Shown one piece after another: positions 42,701 through 55,400 of a stretch of 64,000 nucleotides of DNA (positions within the stretch are counted from its first letter, which is position 1; each line of letters starts with the position of its first letter). The translations under genes were made by a program, and so were the position numbers. The notes under the pieces are model-generated. The model did not search any database. It saw nothing but the letters and a program-made list of their open reading frames with translations, and was not told the origin of the DNA. This stretch comes from Eledone cirrhosa (Eukaryota): NCBI GenBank assembly GCA_964016885.1, contig OZ024762.1, positions 30,628,001 to 30,692,000 of the forward strand. The letters run 5' to 3'.

Positions 42701-43150
42701 AGAAGCAACTCCACAGTTGGTGAGAATTCATTTAAGTTCATGGTATTAGCTGTCAGAAGTAACTCCACTGTTGGTGAGAATTCATTTAAGTTCATGGTAC
42801 TAGCTGTCAGAAGTAACGCCAATGTTGGTGAGAATTCATTTAAGTTCATGGTATTAGCTGTCAGAAGTCACTCCAATGTTGGTGAGAATTCATTTAAGTT
42901 CATGGTATTAGCTGTCAGAAGTCACTCCACTGTTGGTGAGAATTCATTTAAGTTCATGGTACTAGCTGTCAGAAGTAACCCCAATGTTGGTGAGAATTCA
43001 TTTAAGTTCATGGTATTAGCTGTCAGAAATAACTCCACTGTTGGTGAGAATTCATTTAAGTTCATGGTATTAGTTTGTCAGAAGTAACTCCACTGTTGGT
43101 GGGAATTCATTTAAGTCATGGTATTAGTTGTCAGAAGTAACTCCAATGTT
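24085..43150. repeat. Homogeneous mosaic domain of reshuffled modules, including a 4.7-kb block 24085-28825 repeated at 35834-40574 (offset 11749) and 6577-, 5172-, 2101- and 1133-bp offsets
   Basis: The 169-aa ORF module (markers CCACAGT, AGAAATAAC, GGTGGGAA) starts at 24576, 28942, 31153, 34224, 36325 and 41069, with a longer form at 42416. ORF starts 26084/37833, 26785/38534 and 27918/39667 differ by 11749. Confidence 0.88.
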
Positions 43151-43439
43151 GGTGAGAATTCATTTAAGTCATGGTACTAGCTGTCAGAAGTAACTCCAAT
43201 GTTGGTGAGAATTCATTTAAGTTCATGGTATTAGCTGTCAGAAGGAACTCCACTGTTGGTGAGAATTCATTTAAGTTCATGGTATTAGCTGTCAGAAGTA
43301 ACTCCACTTTTGGTGAGAATTCATTTAAGTTCATGGTACTAGCTGTCAGAAGTAACTCCAATGTTGGTGAGAATTCATTTAAGTTCATGGTATTAGCTGT
43401 CAGAAGTAACTCCACTGTTGGTGAGAATTCATTTAAGTC

Positions 43440-46400
43440 ATGGTATTAGCTGTCAGAAGTAACTCCAATGTTGGTGAGAATTCATTTAAGTTCATGGTAT
43501 TAGCTGTCAGAAGTAACTCCACTGTTGGTGAGAATTCATTTAAGTTTATGGTATTAGCTGTCAGAAGTAACTCCACTGTTGGTGAGAATTCATTTAAGTT
43601 CATGGTATTAGTTTGTCAGAAGTAACTCCACTGTTGGTGAGAATTCATTTAAGTCATGGTATTAGTTGTCAGAAGTAACTCCAATGTTGGTGAGAATTCA
43701 TTTAAGTCATGGTACTAGCTGTCAGAAGTAACTCCACTGTTGGTGAGAATTCATTTAAGTTCATGGTACTAGCTGTCAGAAGTAACTCCACTGTTGGTGA
43801 AAATTCATTTAAGTTCATGGTACTAGCTGTCAGAAGTAACTCCAATGTTGGTGAGAATTCATTTAAATTCATGGTATTAGCTGTCAGAAGTAACTCCACT
43901 GTTGGTGAGAATTCATTTAAGTTCATGGTACTAGCTGTCAGAAGTAACTCCACTGTTGGTGAGAATTCATTTAAGTTCATGGTACTAGCTGTCAGAAGTA
44001 ACTCCAATGTTGGTGAGAATTCATTTAAATTCATGGTATTAGCTGTCAGAAGTAACTCCACTGTTGGTGAGAATTCATTTAAGTTCATGGTACTAGCTGT
44101 CAGAAGTAACCCCAATGTTGGTGAGAATTCATTTAAGTTCATGGTATTAGCTGTCAGAAGTAACTCCACTGTTGGTGAGAATTCATTTAAGTTCATTGTA
44201 GTAGCTGTCAGAAGTAACCCCAATGTTGGTGAGAATTCATTTAAGTTAATGGTATTAGCTGTCAGAAGTCACTCCAATGTTGGTGAGAATTCATTTAAGT
44301 TCATGGTATTAGCTGTCAGAAGACACTCCACTGTTGGTGAGAATTCATTTAAGTTCATGGTACTAGCTGTCAGAAGTAACCCCAATGTTGGTGAGAATTC
44401 ATTTAAGTTCATGGTATTAGCTGTCAGAAGTCACTCCAATGTTGGTGAGAATTCATTTAAGTTCATGGTATTAGCTGTCAGAAGTAACTCCACTGTTGGT
44501 GAGAATTCATTTAAGTTCATGGTATTAGCTGTCAGAAGTAACTCCACTGTTGGTGAGAATTCATTTAAGTTCATGGTATTAGCTGTCAGAAGTAACTCCA
44601 CTGTTGGTGAGAATTCATTTAAGTTGATGGTATTAGCTGTCAGAAGGAACTCCACTGTTGGTGAGAATTCATTTAAGTTCATGGTACTAGCTGTCAGAAG
44701 TAACTCCACTGTTGGTGAGAATTCATTTAAGTTCATGGTATTAGTTTGTCAGAAGTAACTCCACTGTTGGTGAGAATTCATTTAAGTCATGGTATTAGCT
44801 GTCAGAAGTAACTCCAATGTTGGTGAGAATTCATTTAAGTTCATGGTATTAGCTGTCAGAAGTAACTCCACTGTTGGTGAGAATTCATTTTAGTTTATGG
44901 TATTAGCTGTCAGAAGTAACTCCACTGTTGGTGAGAATTCATTTAAGTTCATGGTATTAGTTTGTCAGAAGTAACTCCACTGTTGGTGAGAATTCATTTA
45001 AGTCATGGTATTAGTTGTCAGAAGTAACTCCAATGTTGGTGAGAATTCATTTAAGTCATGGTACTAGCTGTCAGAAGTAACTCCACTGTTGGTGAGAATT
45101 CATTTAAGTTCATGGTACTAGCTGTCAGAAGTAACTCCACTGTTGGTGAAAATTCATTTAAGTTCATGGTACTAGCTGTCAGAAGTAACTCCAATGTTGG
45201 TGAGAATTCATTTAAATTCATGGTATTAGCTGTCAGAAGTAACTCCACTGTTGGTGAGAATTCATTTAAGTTCATGGTACTAGCTGTCAGAAGTAACTCC
45301 ACTGTTGGTGAGAATTCATTTAAGTTCATGGTACTAGCTGTCAGAAGTAACTCCAATGTTGGTGAGAATTCATTTAAATTCATGGTATTAGCTGTCAGAA
45401 GTAACTCCACTGTTGGTGAGAATTCATTTAAGTTCATGGTACTAGCTGTCAGAAGTAACCCCAATGTTGGTGAGAATTCATTTAAGTTCATGGTATTAGC
45501 TGTCAGAAGTAACTCCACTGTTGGTGAGAATTCATTTAAGTTCATGGTACTAGCTGTCAGAAGTAACCCCAATGTTGGTGAGAATTCATTTAAGTTCATG
45601 GTATTAGCTGTCAGAAGTCACTCCAATGTTGGTGAGAATTCATTTAAGTTCATGGTATTAGCTGTCAGAAGTCACTCCACTGTTGGTGAGAATTCATTTA
45701 AGTTCATGGTACTAGCTGTCAGAAGTAACCCCAATGTTGGTGAGAATTCATTTAAGTTCATGGTATTAGCTGTCAGAAGTCACTCCAATGTTGGTGAGAA
45801 TTCATTTAAGTTCATGGTATTAGCTGTCAGAAGTCACTCCACTGTTGGTGAGAATTCATTTAAGTTCATGGTATTAGCTGTCAGAAGTAACTCCACTGTT
45901 GGTGAGAATTCATTTAAGTTCATGGTATTAGCTGTCAGAAGTAACTCCACTGTTGGTGAGAATTCATTTAAGTTGATGGTATTAGCTGTCAGAAGGAACT
46001 CCACTGTTGGTGAGAATTCATTTAAGTTCATGGTACTAGCTGTCAGAAGTAACTCCACTGTTGGTGAGAATTCATTTAAGTTCATGGTATTAGTTTGTCA
46101 GAAGTAACTCCACTGTTGGTGAGAATTCATTTAAGTCATGGTATTAGTTGTCAGAAGTAACTCCAAAGTTGGTGAGAATTCATTTAAGTCATGGTACTAG
46201 CTGTCAGAAGTAACTCCAATGTTGGTGAGAATTCATTTAAGTTCATGGTATTAGCTGTCAGAAGGAACTCCACTGTTGGTGAGAATTCATTTAAGTTCAT
46301 GGTATAAGCTGTCAGAAGTAACTCCACTGTTGGTGAGAATTCATTTATGTTCATGGTACTAGCTGTCAGAAGTAACTCCAATGTTTGTGAGAATTCATTT

Positions 46401-49400
46401 AAGTTCATGGTATTAGCTGTCAGAAGTAACTCCACTGTTGGTGAGAATTCATTTAAGTCATGGTATTAGCTGTCAGAAGTCACTCCAATGTTGGTGAGAA
46501 TTCATTTAAGTTCATGGTATTAGCTGTCAGAAGTAACTCCACTGTTGGTGAGAATTCATTTAAGTTCATGGTATTAGCTGTCAGAAGTAACTCCACTGTT
46601 GGTGAGAATTCATTTAAGTTCATGGTATTAGCTGTCAGAAGTAACTCCACTGTTGGTGAGAATTCATTTAAGTTGATGGTATTAGCTGTCAGAAGGAACT
46701 CCACTGTTGGTGAGAATTCATTTAAGTTCATGGTACTAGCTGTCAGAAGTAACTCCACTGTTGGTGAGAATTCATTTAAGTTCATGGTATTAGTTTGTCA
46801 GAAGTAACTCCACTGTTGGTGAGAATTCATTTAAGTCATGGTATTAGTTGTCAGAAGTAACTCCAAAGTTGGTGAGAATTCATTTAAGTCATGGTACTAG
46901 CTGTCAGAAGTAACTCCAATGTTGGTGAGAATTCATTTAAGTTCATGGTATTAGCTGTCAGAAGGAACTCCACTGTTGGTGAGAATTCATTTAAGTTCAT
47001 GGTATAAGCTGTCAGAAGTAACTCCACTGTTGGTGAGAATTCATTTATGTTCATGGTACTAGCTGTCAGAAGTAACTCCAATGTTTGTGAGAATTCATTT
47101 AAGTTCATGGTATTAGCTGTCAGAAGTAACTCCACTGTTGGTGAGAATTCATTTAAGTCATGGTATTAGCTGTCAGAAGTAACTCCAATGTTGGTGAGAA
47201 TTCATTTAAGTTCATGGTATTAGCTGTCAGAAGTAACTCCACTGTTGGTGAGAATTCATTTAAGTTTATGGTATTAGCTGTCAGAAGTAACTCCACTGTT
47301 GGTGAGAATTCATTTAAGTTCATGGTACTAGCTGTCAGAAGTAACTCCACTGTTGGTGAGAATTCATTTAAGTTCATGGTATTAGTTTGTCAGAAGTAAC
47401 TCCACTGTTGGTGAGAATTCATTTAAGTCATGGTATTAATTGTCAGAAGTAACTCCAATGTTGGTGAGAATTCATTTAAGTCATGGTACTAGCTGTCAGA
47501 AGTAACTCCACTGTTGGTGAGAATTCATTTAAGTTCATGGTACTAGCTGTCAGAAGTAACTCCACTGTTGGTGAAAATTCATTTAAGTTCATGGTACTAG
47601 CTGTCAGAAGTAACTCCAATGTTGGTGAGAATTCATTTAAATTCATGGTATTAGCTGTCAGAAGTAACTCCACTGTTGGTGAGAATTCATTTAAGTTCAT
47701 GGTACTAGCTGTCAGAAGTAACCCCAATGTTGGTGAGAATTCATTTAAGTTCATGGTATTAGCTGTCAGAAGTCACTCCAATGTTGGTGAGAATTCATTT
47801 AAGTTCATGGTATTAGCTGTCAGAAGTCACTCCACTGTTGGTGAGAATTCATTTAAGTTCATGGTACTAGCTGTCAGAAGTAACCCCAATGTTGCTGAGA
47901 ATTCATTTAAGTTCATGGTATTAACTGTCAGAAGTCACTCCAATGTTGGTGAGAATTCATTTAAGTTCATGGTATTAGCTGTCAGAAGTAACTCCACTGT
48001 TGGTGAGAATTCATTTAAGTTCATGGTACTAGCTGTCAGAAGTAACCCCAATGTTGGTTAGAATTCATTTAAGTTCATGGTATTAGCTGTCAAAAGTCAC
48101 TCCAATGTTTGTGAGAATTCATTTAAGTTCATTGTATTAGCTGTCAGAAGTCACTCCACTTTTGGTGAGAATTCATTTAAGTTCATGGTACTAGCTGTCA
48201 GAAGTAACCCCAATGTTGGTGAGAATTCATTTAAGTTCATGGTATTAGCTGTCAGAAGTCACTCCAATGTTGGTGAGAATTCATTTAAGTTCATGGTATT
48301 AGCTGTCAGAAGTAACTCCACTGTTGGTGAGAATTCATTTAAGTTCATGGTATTAGCTGTCAGAAGTAACTCCACTGTTGGTGAGAATTCATTTAAGTTC
48401 ATGGTATTAGTTTGTCAGAAGTAACTCCACTGTTGGTGAGAATTCATTTAAGTCATGGTATTAGTTGTCAGAAGTAACTCCAATGTTGGTGAGAATTCAT
48501 TTAAGTCATGGTACTAGCTGTCAGAAGTAACTCCAATGTTGGTGAGAATTCATTTAAGTTCATGGTATTAGCTGTCAGAAGGAACTCCACTGTTGGTGAG
48601 AATTCATTTAAGTTCATGGTATTAGCTGTCTGAAGTAACTCCACTGTTGGTGAGAATTCATTTAAGTTCATGGTACTAGCTGTCAGAAGTAACTCCAATG
48701 TTGGTGAGAATTCATTTAAGTTCATGGTATTAGCTGTCAGAAGTAACTCCACTGATGGTGAGAATTCATTTAAGTTCATGGTATTAGCTGTCAGAAGTAA
48801 CTCCACTGTTGGTGAGAATTCATTTAAGTTCATGGTACCAGCTGTCACAAGTAACTCCACTGTTGGTGAGAATTCATTTAAGTTCATGGTACTAGCTGTC
48901 AGAAGTAACTCCAATGTTGGTGAGAATTCATTTAAATTCATGGTATTAGCTGTCAGAAGTAACTCCACTGTTGGTGAGAATTCATTTAAGTTCATGGTAC
49001 TAGCTGTCAGAAGTAACCCCAATGTTGGTGAGAATTCATTTAAGTTCATGGTATTAGCTGTCAGAAAAGACTCCAATGTTGGTGAGAATTCATTTAAGTT
49101 CATGGTATTAGCTGTCAGAAGTCACTCCACTGTTGGTGAGAATTCATTTAAGTTCATGGTACTAGCTGTCAGAAGTAACCCCAATGTTGGTGAGAATTCA
49201 TTTAAGTTCATGGTATTAGCTGTCAGAAGTCACTCCAATGTTGGTGAGAATTCATTTAAGTTCATGGTATTAGCTGTCAGAAGTAACTCCACTGTTGGTG
49301 AGAATTCATTTAAGTTCATGGTATTAGCTGTCAGAAGTAACTCCACTGTTGGTGAGAATTCATTTAAGTTCATGGTATTAGCTGTCAGAAGTAACTCCAC

Positions 49401-52400
49401 TGTTGGTGAGAATTCATTTAAGTTCATGGTATTAGCTGTCAGAAGGAACTCCAATGTTGGTGAGAATACATTTAAGTCATGTTACTAGCTGTCAGAAGTA
49501 ACTCCACTGTTGGTGAGAATTCATTTAAGTTCATTTTATTAGCTGTCAGAAGGAACGCCACTGTTGGTGAGAATTCATTTAAGTTCAAGGTATTAGCTGT
49601 CAGAAGTAACTCCACTGTTGGTGAGAATTCATTTAAGTTCATGGTACTAGCTGTCAGAAGTAACTCCAATGTTGGTGAGAATTCATTTAAGTTCATGGTA
49701 TTAGCTGTCAGAAGGAACTCCACTGTTGGTGAGAATTCATTTAAGTTCATGGTATTAGCTGTCAGAAGTAACTCCACTGTTGGTGAGAATTCATTTAAGT
49801 CATGGTATTAGTTGTCAGAAGTAACTCCAATGTTGGTGAGAATTCATTTAAGTTCATGGTACTAGCTGTCAGAAGTAACTCCACTGTTGGTGAGAATTCA
49901 TTTAAGTTGATGGTATTAGCTGTCAGAAGGAACTCCACTGTTGGTGAGAATTCATTTAAGTTCATGGTACTAGCTGTCAGAAGTAACTCCACTGTTGGTG
50001 AGAATTCATTTAAGTTCATGGTACTAGCTGTCAGAAGTAACTCCACTGTTGGTGAGAATTCATTTAAGTCATGGTATTAGCTGTCAGAAGTAACTCCAAT
50101 GTTGGTGAGAATTCATTTAAGTTCATGGTATTAGCTGTCAGAAGTAACTCCACTGTTGGTGAGAATTCATTTAAGTTTATGGTATTAGCTGTCAGAAGTA
50201 ACTCCACTGTTGGTGAGAATTCATTTAAGTTCATGGTATTAGTTTGTCAGAAGTAACTCCACTGTTGGTGAGAATTCATTTAAGTCATGGTATTAGTTGT
50301 CAGAAGTAACTCCAATGTTGGTGAGAATTCATTTAAGTCATGGTACTAGCTGTCAGAAGTAACTCCACTGTTGGTGAGAATTCATTTAAGTTCATGGTAC
50401 TAGCTGTCAGAAGTAACTCCACTGTTGGTGAAAATTCATTTAAGTTCATGGTACTAGCTGTCAGAAGTAACTCCAATGTTGGTGAGAATTCATTTAAATT
50501 CATGGTATTAGCTGTCAGAAGTAACTCCACTGTTGGTGAGAATTCATTTAAGTTCATGGTACTAGCTGTCAGAAGTAACTCCACTGTTGGTGAGAATTCA
50601 TTTAAGTTCATGGTACTAGCTGTCAGAAGTAACTCCAATGTTGGTGAGAATTCATTTAAATTCATGGTATTAGCTGTCAGAAGTAACTCCACTGTTGGTG
50701 AGAATTCATTTAAGTTCATGGTACTAGCTGTCAGAAGTAACCCCAATGTTGGTGAGAATTCATTTAAGTTCATGGTATTAGCTGTCAGAAGTAACTCCAC
50801 TGTTGGTGAGAATTCATTTAAGTTCATGGTACTAGCTGTCAGAAGTAACCCCAATGTTGGTGAGAATTCATTTAAGTTAATGGTATTAGCTGTCAGAAGT
50901 CACTCCAATGTTGGTGAGAATTCATTTAAGTTCATGGTATTAGCTGTCAGAAGACACTCCACTGTTGGTGAGAATTCATTTAAGTTCATGGTACTAGCTG
51001 TCAGAAGTAACCCCAATGTTGGTGAGAATTCATTTAAGTTCATGGTATTAGCTGTCAGAAGTCACTCCAATGTTGGTGAGAATTCATTTAAGTTCATGGT
51101 ATTAGCTGTCAGAAGTAACTCCACTGTTGGAGAGAATTCATTTAAGTTCATGGTATTAGCTGTCAGAAGAAACTCCACTGTTGGTGAGAATTCATTTAAG
51201 TTCATGGTATTAGCTGTCAGAAGTAACTCCACTGTTGGTGAGAATTCATTTAAGTTGATGGTATTAGCTGTCAGAAGGAACTCCACTGTTGGTGAGAATT
51301 CATTTAAGTTCATGGTACTAGCTGTCAGAAGTAACTCCACTGTTGGTGAGAATTCATTTAAGTTCATGGTATTAGTTTGTCAGAAGTAACTCCACTGTTG
51401 GTGAGAATTCATTTAAGTCATGGTATTAGCTGTCAGAAGTAACTCCAATGTTGGTGAGAATTCATTTAAGTTCATGGTATTAGCTGTCAGAAGTAACTCC
51501 ACTGTTGGTGAGAATTCATTTTAGTTTATGGTATTAGCTGTCAGAAGTAACTCCACTGTTGGTGAGAATTCATTTAAGTTCATGGTATTAGTTTGTCAGA
51601 AGTAACTCCACTGTTGGTGAGAATTCATTTAAGTCATGGTATTAGTTGTCAGAAGTAACTCCAATGTTGGTGAGAATTCATTTAAGTCATGGTACTAGCT
51701 GTCAGAAGTAACTCCACTGTTGGTGAGAATTCATTTAAGTTCATGGTACTAGCTGTCAGAAGTAACTCCACTGTTGGTGAAAATTCATTTAAGTTCATGG
51801 TACTAGCTGTCAGAAGTAACTCCAATGTTGGTGAGAATTCATTTAAATTCATGGTATTAGCTGTCAGAAGTAACTCCACTGTTGGTGAGAATTCATTTAA
51901 GTTCATGGTACTAGCTGTCAGAAGTAACTCCACTGTTGGTGAGAATTCATTTAAGTTCATGGTACTAGCTGTCAGAAGTAACTCCAATGTTGGTGAGAAT
52001 TCATTTAAATTCATGGTATTAGCTGTCAGAAGTAACTCCACTGTTGGTGAGAATTCATTTAAGTACATGGTACTAGCTGTCAGAAGTAACCCCAATGTTG
52101 GTGAGAATTCATTTAAGTTCATGGTATTAGCTGTCAGAAGTAACTCCACTGTTGGTGAGAATTCATTTAAGTTCATGGTACTAGCTGTCAGAAGTAACCC
52201 CAATGTTGGTGAGAATTCATTTAAGTTCATGGTATTAGCTGTCAGAAGTCACTCCAATGTTGGTGAGAATTCATTTAAGTTCATGGTATTAGCTGTCAGA
52301 AGTCACTCCACTGTTGGTGAGAATTCATTTAAGTTCATGGTACTAGCTGTCAGAAGTAACCCCAATGTTGGTGAGAATTCATTTAAGTTCATGGTATTAG

Positions 52401-55400
52401 CTGTCAGAAGTCACTCCAATGTTGGTGAGAATTCATTTAAGTTCATGGTATTAGCTGTCAGAAGTCACTCCACTGTTGGTGAGAATTCATTTAAGTTCAT
52501 GGTATTAGCTGTCAGAAGTAACTCCACTGTTGGTGAGAATTCATTTAAGTTCATGGTACTAGCTGTCAGAAGTAACTCCAATGTTGGTGAGAATTCATTT
52601 AAGTTCATGGTATTAGCTGTCAGAAGGAACTCCACTGTTGGTGAGAATTCATTTACGTTCATGGTATTAGCTGTCAGAAGTAACTCCACTGTTGGTGAGA
52701 ATTCATTTAAGTCATGGTATTAGTTGTCAGAAGTAACTCCAATGTTGGTGAGAATTCATTTAAGTTCATGGTACTAGCTGTCAGAAGTAACTCCACTGTT
52801 GGTGAGAATTCATTTAAGTTGATGGTATTAGCTGTCAGAAGGAACTCCACTGTTGGTGAGAATTCATTTAAGTTCATGGTACTAGCTGTCAGAAGTAACT
52901 CCACTGTTGGTGAGAATTCATTTAAGTTCATGGTACTAGCTGTCAGAAGTAACTCCACTGTTGGTGAGAATTCATTTAAGTCATGGTATTAGCTGTCAGA
53001 AGTAACTCCAATGTTGGTGAGAATTCATTTAAGTTCATGGTATTAGCTGTCAGAAGTAACTCCACTGTTGGTGAGAATTCATTTAAGTTTATGGTATTAG
53101 CTGTCAGAAGTAACTCCACTGTTGGTGAGAATTCATTTAAGTTCATGGTATTAGTTTGTCAGAAGTAACTCCACTGTTGGTGAGAATTCATTTAAGTCAT
53201 GGTATTAGTTGTCAGAAGTAACTCCAATGTTGGTGAGAATTCATTTAAGTCATGGTACTAGCTGTCAGAAGTAACTCCACTGTTGGTGAGAATTCATTTA
53301 AGTTCATGGTACTAGCTGTCAGAAGTAACTCCACTGTTGGTGAAAATTCATTTAAGTTCATGGTACTAGCTGTCAGAAGTAACTCCAATGTTGGTGAGAA
53401 TTCATTTAAATTCATGGTATTAGCTGTCAGGAGTAACTCCACTGTTGGTGAGAATTCATTTAAGTTCATGGTACTAGCTGTCAGAAGTAACTCCACTGTT
53501 GGTGAGAATTCATTTAAGTTCATGGTACTAGCTGTCAGAAGTAACTCCAATGTTGGTGAGAATTCATTTAAATTCATGGTATTAGCTGTCAGAAGTAACT
53601 CCACTGTTGGTGAGAATTCATTTAAGTTCATGGTACTAGCTGTCAGAAGTAACCCCAATGTTGGTGAGAATTCATTTAAGTTCATGGTATTAGCTGTCAG
53701 AAGTAACTCCACTGTTGGTGAGAATTCATTTAAGTTCATGGTACTAGCTGTCAGAAGTAACCCCAATGTTGGTGAGAATTCATTTAAGTTAATGGTATTA
53801 GCTGTCAGAAGTCACTCCAATGTTGGTGAGAATTCATTTAAGTTCATGGTATTAGCTGTCAGAAGACACTCCACTGTTGGTGAGAATTCATTTAAGTTCA
53901 TGGTACTAGCTGTCAGAAGTAACCCCAATGTTGGTGAGAATTCATTTAAGTTCATGGTATTAGCTGTCAGAAGTCACTCCAATGTTGGTGAGAATTCATT
54001 TAAGTTCATGGTATTAGCTGTCAGAAGTAACTCCACTGTTGGAGAGAATTCATTTAGGTTCATGGTATTAGCTGTCAGAAGAAACTCCACTGTTGGTGAG
54101 AATTCATTTAAGTTCATGGTATTAGCTGTCAGAAGTAACTCCACTGTTGGTGAGAATTCATTTAAGTTGATGGTATTAGCTGTCAGAAGGAACTCCACTG
54201 TTGGTGAGAATTCATTTAAGTTCATGGTACTAGCTGTCAGAAGTAACTCCACTGTTGGTGAGAATTCATTTAAGTTCATGGTATTAGTTTGTCAGAAGTA
54301 ACTCCACTGTTGGTGAGAATTCATTTAAGTCATGGTATTAGCTGTCAGAAGTAACTCCAATGTTGGTGAGAATTCATTTAAGTTCATGGTATTAGCTGTC
54401 AGAAGTAACTCCACTGTTGGTGAGAATTCATTTTAGTTTATGGTATTAGCTGTCAGAAGTAACTCCACTGTTGGTGAGAATTCATTTAAGTTCATGGTAT
54501 TAGTTTGTCAGAAGTAACTCCACTGTTGGTGAGAATTCATTTAAGTCATGGTATTAGTTGTCAGAAGTAACTCCAATGTTGGTGAGAATTCATTTAAGTC
54601 ATGGTACTAGCTGTCAGAAGTAACTCCACTGTTGGTGAGAATTCATTTAAGTTCATGGTACTAGCTGTCAGAAGTAACTCCACTGTTGGTGAAAATTCAT
54701 TTAAGTTCATGGTACTAGCTGTCAGAAGTAACTCCAATGTTGGTGAGAATTCATTTAAATTCATGGTATTAGCTGTCAGAAGTAACTCCACTGTTGGTGA
54801 GAATTCATTTAAGTTCATGGTACTAGCTGTCAGAAGTAACTCCACTGTTGGTGAGAATTCATTTAAGTTCATGGTACTAGCTGTCAGAAGTAACTCCAAT
54901 GTTGGTGAGAATTCATTTAAATTCATGGTATTAGCTGTCAGAAGTAACTCCACTGTTGGTGAGAATTCATTTAAGTACATGGTACTAGCTGTCAGAAGTA
55001 ACCCCAATGTTGGTGAGAATTCATTTAAGTTCATGGTATTAGCTGTCAGAAGTAACTCCACTGTTGGTGAGAATTCATTTAAGTTCATGGTACTAGCTGT
55101 CAGAAGTAACCCCAATGTTGGTGAGAATTCATTTAAGTTCATGGTATTAGCTGTCAGAAGTCACTCCAATGTTGGTGAGAATTCATTTAAGTTCATGGTA
55201 TTAGCTGTCAGAAGTCACTCCACTGTTGGTGAGAATTCATTTAAGTTCATGGTACTAGCTGTCAGAAGTAACCCCAATGTTGGTGAGAATTCATTTAAGT
55301 TCATGGTATTAGCTGTCAGAAGTCACTCCAATGTTGGTGAGAATTCATTTAAGTTCATGGTATTAGCTGTCAGAAGTCACTCCACTGTTGGTGAGAATTC

